From Auanema rhodensis (Eukaryota > Animalia > Nematoda), in NCBI GenBank assembly GCA_964057225.1, contig CAXKVF010000072.1, positions 310,001 to 374,000 on the forward strand: a stretch of DNA of 64,000 bases, given 5' to 3'. The position numbers and the translations under genes were made by a program. The notes under the pieces are model-generated. The model saw only the letters and a program-made list of their open reading frames with translations. It was not told the DNA's origin and searched no databases. Every line of letters starts with the position of its first letter. The first letter of the stretch is position 1. This document shows positions 1-13,100 of the stretch, in pieces.

Positions 1-20
1 AAAACCGCATCTCTTTATCT

Positions 21-95
21 TTCACGTGAAGCGAGTTACATACCAAGTGCACATCACGTGTACATTTAATTAGCATAAATTAAAGTTCACGTAAA
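21..95. other. Three TCACGT cores per monomer: palindrome TTCACGTGAA (21-30), ATCACGTG (53-60), TTCACGTAAA (86-95); two are perfect CACGTG E-box/G-box hexamers
   Basis: Motifs are seen in nearly every monomer, with ACGT at pos 24, 56 and 89. Protein binding is not demonstrated. Confidence 0.9.
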
Positions 96-103
96 TTTCA
101 AAG

Positions 104-118
104 TCATGGTTACCATGC
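104..118. other. Dyad (T)CATGGT-T-ACCATG(A): 13 bp in C118 monomers (including this first copy), 15 bp in A118 monomers
   Basis: CATGGT (105-110) is the reverse complement of ACCATG (112-117); T104 pairs with A118 when that allele is present. Confidence 0.9.
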
Positions 119-3100
119 ACCAATATCAATAAAAATTTGTTTTTAGACTAATATGGACATGGGGAATCTAATTTTGAAAACCGCATCTCTTTATCTTTCA
201 CGTGAAGCGAGTTACATACCAAGTGCACATCACGTGTACATTTAATTAGCATAAATTAAAGTTCACGTAAATTTCAAAGTCATGGTTACCATGAACCAAT
301 ATCAATAAAAATTTGTTTTTAGACTAATATGGACATGGGGAATCTAATTTTGAAAACCGCATCTCTTTATCTTTCACGTGAAGCGAGTTACATACCAAGT
401 GCACATCACGTGTACATTTAATTAGCATAAATTAAAGTTCACGTAAATTTCAAAGTCATGGTTACCATGAACCAATATCAATAAAAATTTGTTTTTAGAC
501 TAATATGGACATGGGGAATCTAATTTTGAAAACCGCATCTCTTTATCTTTCACGTGAAGCGAGTTACATACCAAGTGCACATCACGTGTACATTTAATTA
601 GCATAAATTAAAGTTCACGTAAATTTCAAAGTCATGGTTACCATGAAGCAATATCAATAAAAATTTGTTTTTAGACTAATATGGACATGGGGAATCTAAT
701 TTTGAAAACCGCATCTCTTTATCTTTCACGTGAAGCGAGTTACATACCAAGTGCACATCACGTGTACATTTAATTAGCATAAATTAAAGTTCACGTAAAT
801 TTCAAAGTCATGGTTACCATGAACCAATATCAATAAAAATTTGTTTTTAGACTAATATGGACATGGGGAATCTAATTTTGAAAACCGCATCTCTTTATCT
901 TTCACGTGAAGCGAGTTACATACCAAGTGCACATCACGTGTACATTTAATTAGCATAAATTAAAGTTCACGTAAATTTCAAAGTCATGGTTACCATGAAG
1001 CAATATCAATAAAAATTTGTTTTTAGACTAATATGGACATGGGGAATCTAATTTTGAAAACCGCATCTCTTTATCTTTCACGTGAAGCGAGTTACATACC
1101 AAGTGCACATCACGTGTACATTTAATTAGCATAAATTAAAGTTCACGTAAATTTCAAAGTCATGGTTACCATGAAGCAATATCAATAAAAATTTGTTTTT
1201 AGACTAATATGGACATGGGGAATCTAATTTTGAAAACCGCATCTCTTTATCTTTCACGTGAAGCGAGTTACATACCAAGTGCACATCACGTGTACATTTA
1301 ATTAGCATAAATTAAAGTTCACGTAAATTTTAAAGTCATGGTTACCATGAACCAATATCAATAAAAATTTGTTTTTAGACTAATATGGACATGGGGAATC
1401 TAATTTTGAAAACCGCATCTCTTTATCTTTCACGTGAAGCGAGTTACATACCAAGTGCACATCACGTGTACATTTAATTAGCATAAATTAAAGTTCACGT
1501 AAATTTCAAAGTCATGGTTACCATGAACCAATATCAATAAAAATTTGTTTTTAGACTAATATGGACATGGGGAATCTAATTTTGAAAACCGCATCTCTTT
1601 ATCTTTCACGTGAAGCGAGTTACATACCAAGTGCACATCACGTGTACATTTAATTAGCATAAATTAAAGTTCACGTAAATTTCAAAGTCATGGTTACCAT
1701 GAACCAATATCAATAAAAATTTGTTTTTAGACTAATATGGACATGGGGAATCTAATTTTGAAAACCGCATATCTTTATCTTTCACGTGAAGCGAGTTACA
1801 TACCAAGTGCACATCACGTGTACATTTAATTAGCATAAATTAAAGTTCACGTAAAATTTAAAGTCATGGTTACCATGAAGCAATATCAATAAAAATTTGT
1901 TTTTAGACTAATATGGACATGGGGAATCTAATTTTGAAAACCGCATCTCTTTATCTTTCACGTGAAGCGAGTTACATACCAAGTGCACATCACGTGTACA
2001 TTTAATTAGCATAAATTAAAGTTCACGTAAATTTCAAAGTCATGGTTACCATGAAGCAATATCAATAAAAATTTGTTTTTAGACTAATATGGACATGGGG
2101 AATCTAATTTTGAAAACCGCATCTCTTTATCTTTCACGTGAAGCGAGTTACATACCAAGTGCACATCACGTGTACATTTAATTAGCATAAATTAAAGTTC
2201 ACGTAAATTTCAAAGTCATGGTTACCATGAACCAATATCAATAAAAATTTGTTTTTAGACTAATATGGACATGGGGAATCTAATTTTGAAAACCGCATCT
2301 CTTTATCTTTCACGTGAAGCGAGTTACATACCAAGTGCACATCACGTGTACATTTAATTAGCATAAATTAAAGTTCACGTAAATTTCAAAGTCATGGTTA
2401 CCATGAAGCAATATCAATAAAAATTTGTTTTTCGACTAATATGGACATGGAGAATCTAATTTTGAAAACCGCATTTCTTTATCTTTCACGTGAAGCGAGT
2501 TACATACCAAGTGCACATCACGTGTACATTTAATTAGCATAAATTAAAGTTCACGTAAATTTCAAAGTCATGGTTACCATGCACCAATATCAATAAAAAT
2601 TTGTTTTTAGACTAATATGGACATGGGGAATCTAATTTTGAAAACCGCATCTCTTTATCTTTCACGTGAAGCGAGTTACATACCAAGTGCACATCACGTG
2701 TACATTTAATTAGCATAAATTAAAGTTCACGTAAATTTCAAAGTCATGGTTACCATGAAGCAATATCAATACAAATTTGTTTTAAGACTAATATGGACAT
2801 GGGGAATCTAATTTTGAAAACCGCATCTCTTTATCTTTCACGTGAAGCGAGTTACATACCAAGTGCACATCACGTGTACATTTAATTAGCATAAATTAAA
2901 GTTCACGTAAATTTTAAAGTCATGGTTACCATGAACCAATATCAATAAAAATTTGTTTTTAGACTAATATGGACATGGGGAATCTAATTTTGAAAACCGC
3001 ATCTCTTTATCTTTCACGTGAAGCGAGTTACATACCAAGTGCACATCACGTGTACATTTAATTAGCATAAATTAAAGTTCACGTAAATTTCAAAGTCATG

Positions 3101-6100
3101 GTTACCATGAACCAATGTCAATAAAAATTTGTTTTTAGACTAATATGGACATGGGGAATCTAATTTTGAAAACCGCATCTCTTTATCTTTCACGTGAAGC
3201 GAGTTACATACCAAGTGCACATCACGTGTACATTTAATTAGCATAAATTAAAGTTCACGTAAATTTCAAAGTCATGGTTACTATGAAGCAATATCAATAA
3301 AAATTTGTTTTTAGACTAATATGGACATGGGGAATCTAATTTTGAAAACCGCATCTCTTTATCTTTCACGTGAAGCGAGTTACATACCAAGTGCACATCA
3401 CGTGTACATTTAATTAGCATAAATTAAAGTTCACGTAAATTTCAAAGTCATGGTTACCATGAACCAATATCAATAAAAATTTGTTTTTAGACTAATATGG
3501 ACATGGGGAATCTAATTTTGAAAACCGCATCTCTTTATCTTTCACGTGAAGCGAGTTACATACCAAGTGCACATCACGTGTACATTTAATTAGCATAAAT
3601 TAAAGTTCACGTAAATTTCAAAGTCATGGTTACCATGAAGCAATATCAATAAAAATTTGTTTTTCGACTAATATGGACATGGAGAATCTAATTTTGAAAA
3701 CCGCATTTCTTTATCTTTCACGTGAAGCGAGTTACATACCAAGTGCACATCACGTGTACATTTAATTAGCATAAATTAAAGTTCACGTAAATTTCAAAGT
3801 CATGGTTACCATGCACCAATATCAATAAAAATTTGTTTTTAGACTAATATGGACATGGGGAATCTAATTTTGAAAACCGCATCTCTTTATCTTTCACGTG
3901 AAGCGAGTTACATACCAAGTGCACATCACGTGTACATTTAATTAGCATAAATTAAAGTTCACGTAAATTTCAAAGTCATGGTTACCATGAAGCAATATCA
4001 ATAAAAATTTGTTTTTAGACTAATATGGACATGGGGAATCTAATTTTGAAAACCGCATCTCTTTATCTTTCACGTGAAGCGAGTTACATACCAAGTGCAC
4101 ATCACGTGTACATTTAATTAGCATAAATTAAAGTTCACGTAAATTTTAAAGTCATGGTTACCATGAACCAATATCAATAAAAATTTGTTTTTAGACTAAT
4201 ATGGACATGGGGAATCTAATTTTGAAAACCGCATCTCTTTATCTTTCACGTGAAGCGAGTTACATACCAAGTGCACATCACGTGTACATTTAATTAGCAT
4301 AAATTAAAGTTCACGTAAATTTCAAAGTCATGGTTACCATGAACCAATATCAATAAAAATTTGTTTTTAGACTAATATGGACATGGGGAATCTAATTTTG
4401 AAAACCGCATCTCTTTATCTTTCACGTGAAGCGAGTTACATACCAAGTGCACATCACGTGTACATTTAATTATCATAAATTAAAGTTCACGTAAATTTCA
4501 AAGTCATGGTTACCATGAACCAATATCAATAAAAATTTGTTTTTAGACTAATATGGACATGGGGAATCTAATTTTGAAAACCGCATCTCTTTATCTTTCA
4601 CGTGAAGCGAGTTACATACCAAGTGCACATCACGTGTACATTTAATTAGCATAAATTAAAGTTCACGTAAATTTCAAAGTCATGGTTACCATGAACCAAT
4701 ATCAATAAAAATTTGGTTTTAGACTAATATGGACATGGGGAATCTAATTTTGAAAACCGCATCTCTTTATCTTTCACGTGAAGCGAGTTACATACCAAGT
4801 GCACATCACGTGTACATTTAATTAGCATAAATTAAAGTTCACGTAAATTTCAAAGTCATGGTTACCATGAAGCAATATCAATAAAAATTTGTTTTTAGAC
4901 TAATATGGACATGGGGAATCTAATTTTGAAAACCGCATCTCTTTATCTTTCACGTGAAGCGAGTTACATACCAAGTGCACATCACGTGTACATTTAATTA
5001 GCATAAATTAAAGTTCACGTAAATTTCAAAGTCATGGTTACCATGAACCAATATCAATAAAAATTTGTTTTTAGACTAATATGGACATGGGGAATCTAAT
5101 TTTGAAAACCGCATCTCTTTATCTTTCACGTGAAGCGAGTTACATACCAAGTGCACATCACGTGTACATTTAATTATCATAAATTAAAGTTCACGTAAAT
5201 TTCAAAGTCATGGTTACCATGAACCAATATCAATAAAAATTTGTTTTTAGACTAATATGGACATGGGGAATCTAATTTTGAAAACCGCATCTCTTTATCT
5301 TTCACGTGAAGCGAGTTACATACCAAGTGCACATCACGTGTACATTTAATTAGCATAAATTAAAGTTCACGTAAATTTCAAAGTCATGGTTACCATGAAC
5401 CAATGTCAATAAAAATTTGTTTTTAGACTAATATGGACATGGGGAATCTAATTTTGAAAACCGCATCTCTTTATCTTTCACGTGAAGCGAGTTACATACC
5501 AAGTGCACATCACGTGTACATTTAATTAGCATAAATTAAAGTTCACGTAAATTTCAAAGTCATGGTTACCATGAACCAATATCAATAAAAATTTGTTTTT
5601 AGACTAATATGGACATGGGGAATCTAATTTTGAAAACCGCATCTCTTTATCTTTCACGTGAAGCGAGTTACATACCAAGTGCACATCACGTGTACATTTA
5701 ATTAGCATAAATTAAAGTTCACGTAAATTTCAAAGTCATGGTTACCATGAACCAATATCAATAAAAATTTGTTTTTAGACTAATATGGACATGGGGAATC
5801 TAATTTTGAAAACCGCATCTCTTTATCTTTCACGTGAAGCGAGTTACATACCAAGTGCACATCACGTGTACATTTAATTAGCATAAATTAAAGTTCACGT
5901 AAATTTCAAAGTCATGGTTACCATGAACCAATGTCAATAAAAATTTGTTTTTAGACTAATATGGACATGGGGAATCTAATTTTGAAAACCGCATCTCTTT
6001 ATCTTTCACGTGAAGCGAGTTACATACCAAGTGCACATCACGTGTACATTTAATTAGCATAAATTAAAGTTCACGTAAATTTCAAAGTCATGGTTACCAT

Positions 6101-8096
6101 GAACCAATATCAATAAAAATTTGTTTTTAGACTAATATGGACATGGGGAATCTAATTTTGAAAACCGCATCTCTTTATCTTTCACGTGAAGCGAGTTACA
6201 TACCAAGTGCACATCACGTGTACATTTAATTAGCATAAATTAAAGTTCACGTAAATTTCAAAGTCATGGTTACCATGAACCAATATCAATAAAAATTTGT
6301 TTTTAGACTAATATGCACATGGGGAATCTAATTTTGAAAACCGCATCTCTTTATCTTTCACGTGAAGCGAGTTACATACCAAGTGCACATCACGTGTACA
6401 TTTAATTAGCATAAATTAAAGTTCACGTAAATTTCAAAGTCATGGTTACCATGAACCAATATCAATAAAAATTTGTTTTTAGACTAATATGGACATGGGG
6501 AATCTAATTTTGAAAACCGCATCTCTTTATCTTTCACGTGAAGCGAGTTACATACCAAGTGCACATCACGTGTACATTTAATTAGCATAAATTAAAGTTC
6601 ACGTAAATTTCAAAGTCATGGTTACCATGAAGCAATATCAATAAAAATTTGTTTTTAGACTAATATGGACATGGGGAATCTAATTTTGAAAACCGCTTCT
6701 CTTTATCTTTCACGTGAAGCGAGTTACATACCAAGTGCACATCACGTGTACATTTAATTAGCATAAATTAAAGTTCACGTAAATTTCAAAGTCATGGTTA
6801 CCATGAAGCAATATCAATAAAAATTTGTTTTTAGACTAATATGGACATGAAGAATCTAATTTTGAAAACCGCATCTCTTTATCTTTCACGTGAAGCGAGT
6901 TACATACCAAGTGCACATCACGTGTACATTTAATTAGCATAAATTAAAGTTCACGTAAATTTCAAAGTCAAGGTTACCATGAACCAATATCAATAAAAAT
7001 TTGTTTTTAGACTAATATGGACATGGGGAATCTAATTTTGAAAACCGCATCTCTTTATCTTTCACGTGAAGCGAGTTACATACCAAGTGCACATCACGTG
7101 TACATTTAATTAGCATAAATTAAAGTTCACGTAAATTTCAAAGTCATGGTTACCATGAACCAATATCAATAAAAATTTGTTTTTAGACTAATATGGACAT
7201 GGGTAATCTAATTTTGAAAACCGCATCTCTTTATCTTTCACGTGAAGCGAGTTACATACCAAGTGCACATCACGTGTACATTTAATTAGCATAAATTAAA
7301 GTTCACGTAAATTTCAAAGTCATGGTTACCATGCACCAATATCAATAAAAATTTGTTTTTAGACTAATATGGACATGGGGAATCTAATTTTGAAAACCGC
7401 ATCTCTTTATCTTTCACGTGAAGCGAGTTACATACCAAGTGCACATCACGTGTACATTTAATTAGCATAAATTAAAGTTCACGTAAATTTCAAAGTCATG
7501 GTTACCATGAACCAATATCAATAAAAATTTGTTTTTAGACTAATATGGACATGGGGAATCTAATTTTGAAAACCGCATCTCTTTATCTTTCACGTGAAGC
7601 GAGTTACATACCAAGTGCACATCACGTGTACATTTAATTAGCATAAATTAAAGTTCACGTAAATTTCAAAGTCATGGTTACCATGAACCAATATCAATAA
7701 AAATTTGTTTTTAGACTAATATGGACATGGGTAATCTAATTTTGAAAACCGCATCTCTTTATCTTTCACGTGAAGCGAGTTACATACCAAGTGCACATCA
7801 CGTGTACATTTAATTAGCATAAATTAAAGTTCACGTAAATTTCAAAGTCATGGTTACCATGCACCAATATCAATAAAAATTTGTTTTTAGACTAATATGG
7901 ACATGGGGAATCTAATTTTGAAAACCGCATCTCTTTATCTTTCACGTGAAGCGAGTTACATACCAAGTGCACATCACGTGTACATTTAATTAGCATAAAT
8001 TAAAGTTCACGTAAATTTCAAAGTCATGGTTACCATGCACCAATATCAATAAAAATTTGTTTTTAGACTAATATGGACATGGGGAATCTAATTTTG

Positions 8097-8263
8097 AAAA
8101 CCGCATCTCTTTATCTTTCACGTTACATACCAAGTGCACATCACGTGTACATTTAATTAGCATAAATTTAAGTTCACGTAAATTTCAAAGTCATGGTTAC
8201 CATGCACCAATATCAATAAAAATTTGTTTTTAGACTAATATGGACATGGGGAATCTAATTTTG
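8097..8263 (+). repeat. 167-bp monomer with a 9-bp deletion
   Basis: CGTGAAGCGAGTTACAT becomes CGTTACAT at 8121-8128; the next monomer starts at 8264. Confidence 0.95.
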
Positions 8264-10199
8264 AAAACCGCATCTCTTTATCTTTCACGTGAAGCGAGTT
8301 ACATACCAAGTGCACATCACGTGTACATTTAATTAGCATAAATTAAAGTTCACGTAAATTTCAAAGTCATGGTTACCATGAACCAATATCAATAAAAATT
8401 TGTTTTTAGACTAATATGGACATGGGGAATCTAATTTTGAAAACCGCATCTCTTTATCTTTCACGTGAAGCGAGTTACATACCAAGTGCACATCACGTGT
8501 ACATTTAATTAGCATAAATTAAAGTTCACGTAAATTTCAAAGTCATGGTTACCATGAACCAATATCAATAAAAATTTGTTTTTAGACTAATATGCACATG
8601 GGGAATCTAATTTTGAAAACCGCATCTCTTTATCTTTCACGTGAAGCGAGTTACATACCAAGTGCACATCACGTGTACATTTAATTAGCATAAATTAAAG
8701 TTCACGTAAATTTCAAAGTCATGGTTACCATGAACCAATATCAATAAAAATTTGTTTTTAGACTAATATGAACATGGGGAATCTAATTTTGAAAACCGCA
8801 TCTCTTTATCTTTCACGTGAAGCGAGTTACATACCAAGTGCACATCACGTGTACATTTAATTAGCATAAATTAAAGTTCACGTAAATTTCAAAGTCATGG
8901 TTACCATGAAGCAATATCAATAAAAATTTGTTTTTAGACTAATATGGACATGGGGAATCTAATTTTGAAAACCGCTTCTCTTTATCTTTCACGTGAAGCG
9001 AGTTACATACCAAGTGCACATCACGTGTACATTTAATTAGCATAAATTAAAGTTCACGTAAATTTCAAAGTCATGGTTACCATGAAGCAATATCAATAAA
9101 AATTTGTTTTTAGACTAATATGGACATGAAGAATCTAATTTTGAAAACCGCATCGCTTTATCTTTCACGTGAAGCGAGTTACATACCAAGTGCACATCAC
9201 GTGTACATTTAATTAGCATAAATTAAAGTTCACGTAAATTTCAAAGTCAAGGTTACCATGAACCAATATCAATAAAAATTTGTTTTTAGACTAATATGGA
9301 CATGGGGAATCTAATTTTGAAAACCGCATCTCTTTATCTTTCACGTGAAGCGAGTTACATACCAAGTGCACATCACGTGTACATTTAATTAGCATAAATT
9401 AAAGTTCACGTAAATTTCAAAGTCATGGTTACCATGAACCAATATCAATAAAAATTTGTTTTTAGACTAATATGGACATGGGTAATCTAATTTTGAAAAC
9501 CGCATTTCTTTATCTTTCACGTGAAGCGAGTTACATACCAAGTGCACATCACGTGTACATTTAATTAGCATAAATTAAAGTTCACGTAAATTTCAAAGTC
9601 ATGGTTACCATGCACCAATATCAATAAAAATTTGTTTTTAGACTAATATGGACATGGGGAATCTAATTTTGAAAACCGCATCTCTTTATCTTTCACGTGA
9701 AGCGAGTTACATACCAAGTGCACATCACGTGTACATTTAATTAGCATAAATTAAAGTTCACGTAAATTTCAAAGTCATGGTTACCATGAACCAATATCAA
9801 TAAAAATTTGTTTTTAGACTAATATGGACATGGGGAATCTAATTTTGAAAACCGCATCTCTTTATCTTTCACGTGAAGCGAGTTACATACCAAGTGCACA
9901 TCACGTGTACATTTAATTAGCATAAATTAAAGTTCACGTAAATTTCAAAGTCATGGTTACCATGAACCAATATCAATAAAAATTTGTTTTTAGACTAATA
10001 TGGACATGGGTAATCTAATTTTGAAAACCGCATCTCTTTATCTTTCACGTGAAGCGAGTTACATACCAAGTGCACATCACGTGTACATTTAATTAGCATA
10101 AATTAAAGTTCACGTAAATTTCAAAGTCATGGTTACCATGCACCAATATCAATAAAAATTTGTTTTTAGACTAATATGGACATGGGGAATCTAATTTTG

Positions 10200-13100
10200 A
10201 AAACCGCATCTCTTTATCTTTCACGTGAAGCGAGTTACATACCAAGTGCACATCACGTGTACATTTAATTAGCATAAATTAAAGTTCACGTAAATTTCAA
10301 AGTCATGGTTACCATGCACCAATATCAATAAAAATTTGTTTTTAGACTAATATGGACATGGGGAATCTAATTTTGAAAACCGCATCTCTTTATCTTTCAC
10401 GTGAAGCGAGTTACATACCAAGTGCACATCACGTGTACATTTAATTAGCATAAATTAAAGTTCACGTAAATTTCAAAGTCATGGTTACCATGAACCAATA
10501 TCAATAAAAATTTGTTTTTAGACTAATATGGACATGGGGAATCTAATTTTGAAAACCGCATCTCTTTATCTTTCACGTGAAGCGAGTTACATACCAAGTG
10601 CACATCACGTGTACATTTAATTAGCATAAATTAAAGTTCACGTAAATTTCAAAGTCATGGTTACCATGAACCAATATCAATAAAAATTTGTTTTTAGACT
10701 AATATGGACATGGGGAATCTAATTTTGAAAACCGCATCTCTTTATCTTTCACGTGAAGCGAGTTACATACCAAGTGCACATCACGTGTACATTTAATTAG
10801 CATAAATTAAAGTTCACGTAAATTTCAAAGTCATGGTTACCATGAAGCAATATCAATAAAAATTTGTTTTTAGACTAATATGGACATGGGGAATCTAATT
10901 TTGAAAACCGCATCTCTTTATCTTTCACGTGAAGCGAGTTACATACCAAGTGCACATCACGTGTACATTTAATTAGCATAAATTAAAGTTCACGTAAATT
11001 TCAAAGTCATGGTTACCATGAACCAATATCAATAAAAATTTGTTTTTAGACTAATATGGACATGGGGAATCTAATTTTGAAAACCGCATCTCTTTATCTT
11101 TCACGTGAAGCGAGTTACATACCAAGTGCACATCACGTGTACATTTAATTAGCATAAATTAAAGTTCACGTAAATTTCAAAGTCATGGTTACCATGAAGC
11201 AATATCAATAAAAATTTGTTTTTAGACTAATATGGACATGGGGAATCTAATTTTGAAAACCGCATCTCTTTATCTTTCACGTGAAGCGAGTTACATACCA
11301 AGTGCACATCACGTGTACATTTAATTAGCATAAATTAAAGTTCACGTAAATTTCAAAGTCATGGTTACCATGAAGCAATATCAATAAAAATTTGTTTTTA
11401 GACTAATATGGACATGGGGAATCTAATTTTGAAAACCGCATCTCTTTATCTTTCACGTGAAGCGAGTTACATACCAAGTGCACATCACGTGTACATTTAA
11501 TTAGCATAAATTAAAGTTCACGTAAATTTTAAAGTCATGGTTACCATGAACCAATATCAATAAAAATTTGTTTTTAGACTAATATGGACATGGGGAATCT
11601 AATTTTGAAAACCGCATCTCTTTATCTTTCACGTGAAGCGAGTTACATACCAAGTGCACATCACGTGTACATTTAATTAGCATAAATTAAAGTTCACGTA
11701 AATTTCAAAGTCATGGTTACCATGAACCAATATCAATAAAAATTTGTTTTTAGACTAATATGGACATGGGGAATCTAATTTTGAAAACCGCATCTCTTTA
11801 TCTTTCACGTGAAGCGAGTTACATACCAAGTGCACATCACGTGTACATTTAATTAGCATAAATTAAAGTTCACGTAAATTTCAAAGTCATGGTTACCATG
11901 AACCAATATCAATAAAAATTTGTTTTTAGACTAATATGGACATGGGGAATCTAATTTTGAAAACCGCATATCTTTATCTTTCACGTGAAGCGAGTTACAT
12001 ACCAAGTGCACATCACGTGTACATTTAATTAGCATAAATTAAAGTTCACGTAAAATTTAAAGTCATGGTTACCATGAAGCAATATCAATAAAAATTTGTT
12101 TTTAGACTAATATGGACATGGGGAATCTAATTTTGAAAACCGCATCTCTTTATCTTTCACGTGAAGCGAGTTACATACCAAGTGCACATCACGTGTACAT
12201 TTAATTAGCATAAATTAAAGTTCACGTAAATTTCAAAGTCATGGTTACCATGAAGCAATATCAATAAAAATTTGTTTTTAGACTAATATGGACATGGGGA
12301 ATCTAATTTTGAAAACCGCATCTCTTTATCTTTCACGTGAAGCGAGTTACATACCAAGTGCACATCACGTGTACATTTAATTAGCATAAATTAAAGTTCA
12401 CGTAAATTTCAAAGTCATGGTTACCATGAACCAATATCAATAAAAATTTGTTTTTAGACTAATATGGACATGGGGAATCTAATTTTGAAAACCGCATCTC
12501 TTTATCTTTCACGTGAAGCGAGTTACATACCAAGTGCACATCACGTGTACATTTAATTAGCATAAATTAAAGTTCACGTAAATTTCAAAGTCATGGTTAC
12601 CATGAAGCAATATCAATAAAAATTTGTTTTTCGACTAATATGGACATGGAGAATCTAATTTTGAAAACCGCATTTCTTTATCTTTCACGTGAAGCGAGTT
12701 ACATACCAAGTGCACATCACGTGTACATTTAATTAGCATAAATTAAAGTTCACGTAAATTTCAAAGTCATGGTTACCATGCACCAATATCAATAAAAATT
12801 TGTTTTTAGACTAATATGGACATGGGGAATCTAATTTTGAAAACCGCATCTCTTTATCTTTCACGTGAAGCGAGTTACATACCAAGTGCACATCACGTGT
12901 ACATTTAATTAGCATAAATTAAAGTTCACGTAAATTTCAAAGTCATGGTTACCATGAAGCAATATCAATACAAATTTGTTTTTAGACTAATATGGACATG
13001 GGGAATCTAATTTTGAAAACCGCATCTCTTTATCTTTCACGTGAAGCGAGTTACATACCAAGTGCACATCACGTGTACATTTAATTAGCATAAATTAAAG

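Larger units (their letters stand above)
1..176 (+). repeat. Representative monomer: AAAACCGCATCTCTTTATCTTTCACGTGAAGCGAGTTACATACCAAGTGCACATCACGTGTACATTTAATTAGCATAAATTAAAGTTCACGTAAATTTCAAAGTCATGGTTACCATG(C/A)A(C/G)CAATATCAATAAAAATTTGTTTTTAGACTAATATGGACATGGGGAATCTAATTTTG
   Basis: Read directly; 57/176 G+C; 5 CpGs (pos 6, 25, 32, 57, 90); main polymorphic sites are pos 23, 96, 118, 120 and 161-164. Confidence 0.98.

Noticed and set aside
117-120. Three-state pattern GAAC/GAAG/GCAC as an encoded or programmed signal
   Set aside because: The order of states is explained by block duplications and regional turnover, with no fixed period or independent structure.
126-135. AATAAA polyadenylation-like signal and TATA-like AT tracts
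   Set aside because: Expected by chance in 68% AT DNA, and there is no transcription unit context.
53-160. Resemblance to a budding-yeast point centromere: CDEI match ATCACGTG, 77-bp spacer, then TGTTTTT like the start of CDEIII
   Set aside because: The spacer is only about 75% AT rather than over 90%, the essential CDEIII TTCCGAA core is missing, and point centromeres are not tandem arrays.
1-176. Assignment to alpha satellite, CEN178, CentBr or the honeybee AluI repeat; CENP-B box
   Set aside because: Only the length is similar. I recognise no sequence similarity, there is no TTCG-N4-A-N2-CGGG box, and the consensus has no AGCT site.
1-176. 5S rRNA, tRNA, snRNA or spliced-leader tandem gene unit
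   Set aside because: No recognisable A/B/C boxes, cloverleaf or conserved RNA sequence; the unit is short and AT-rich.
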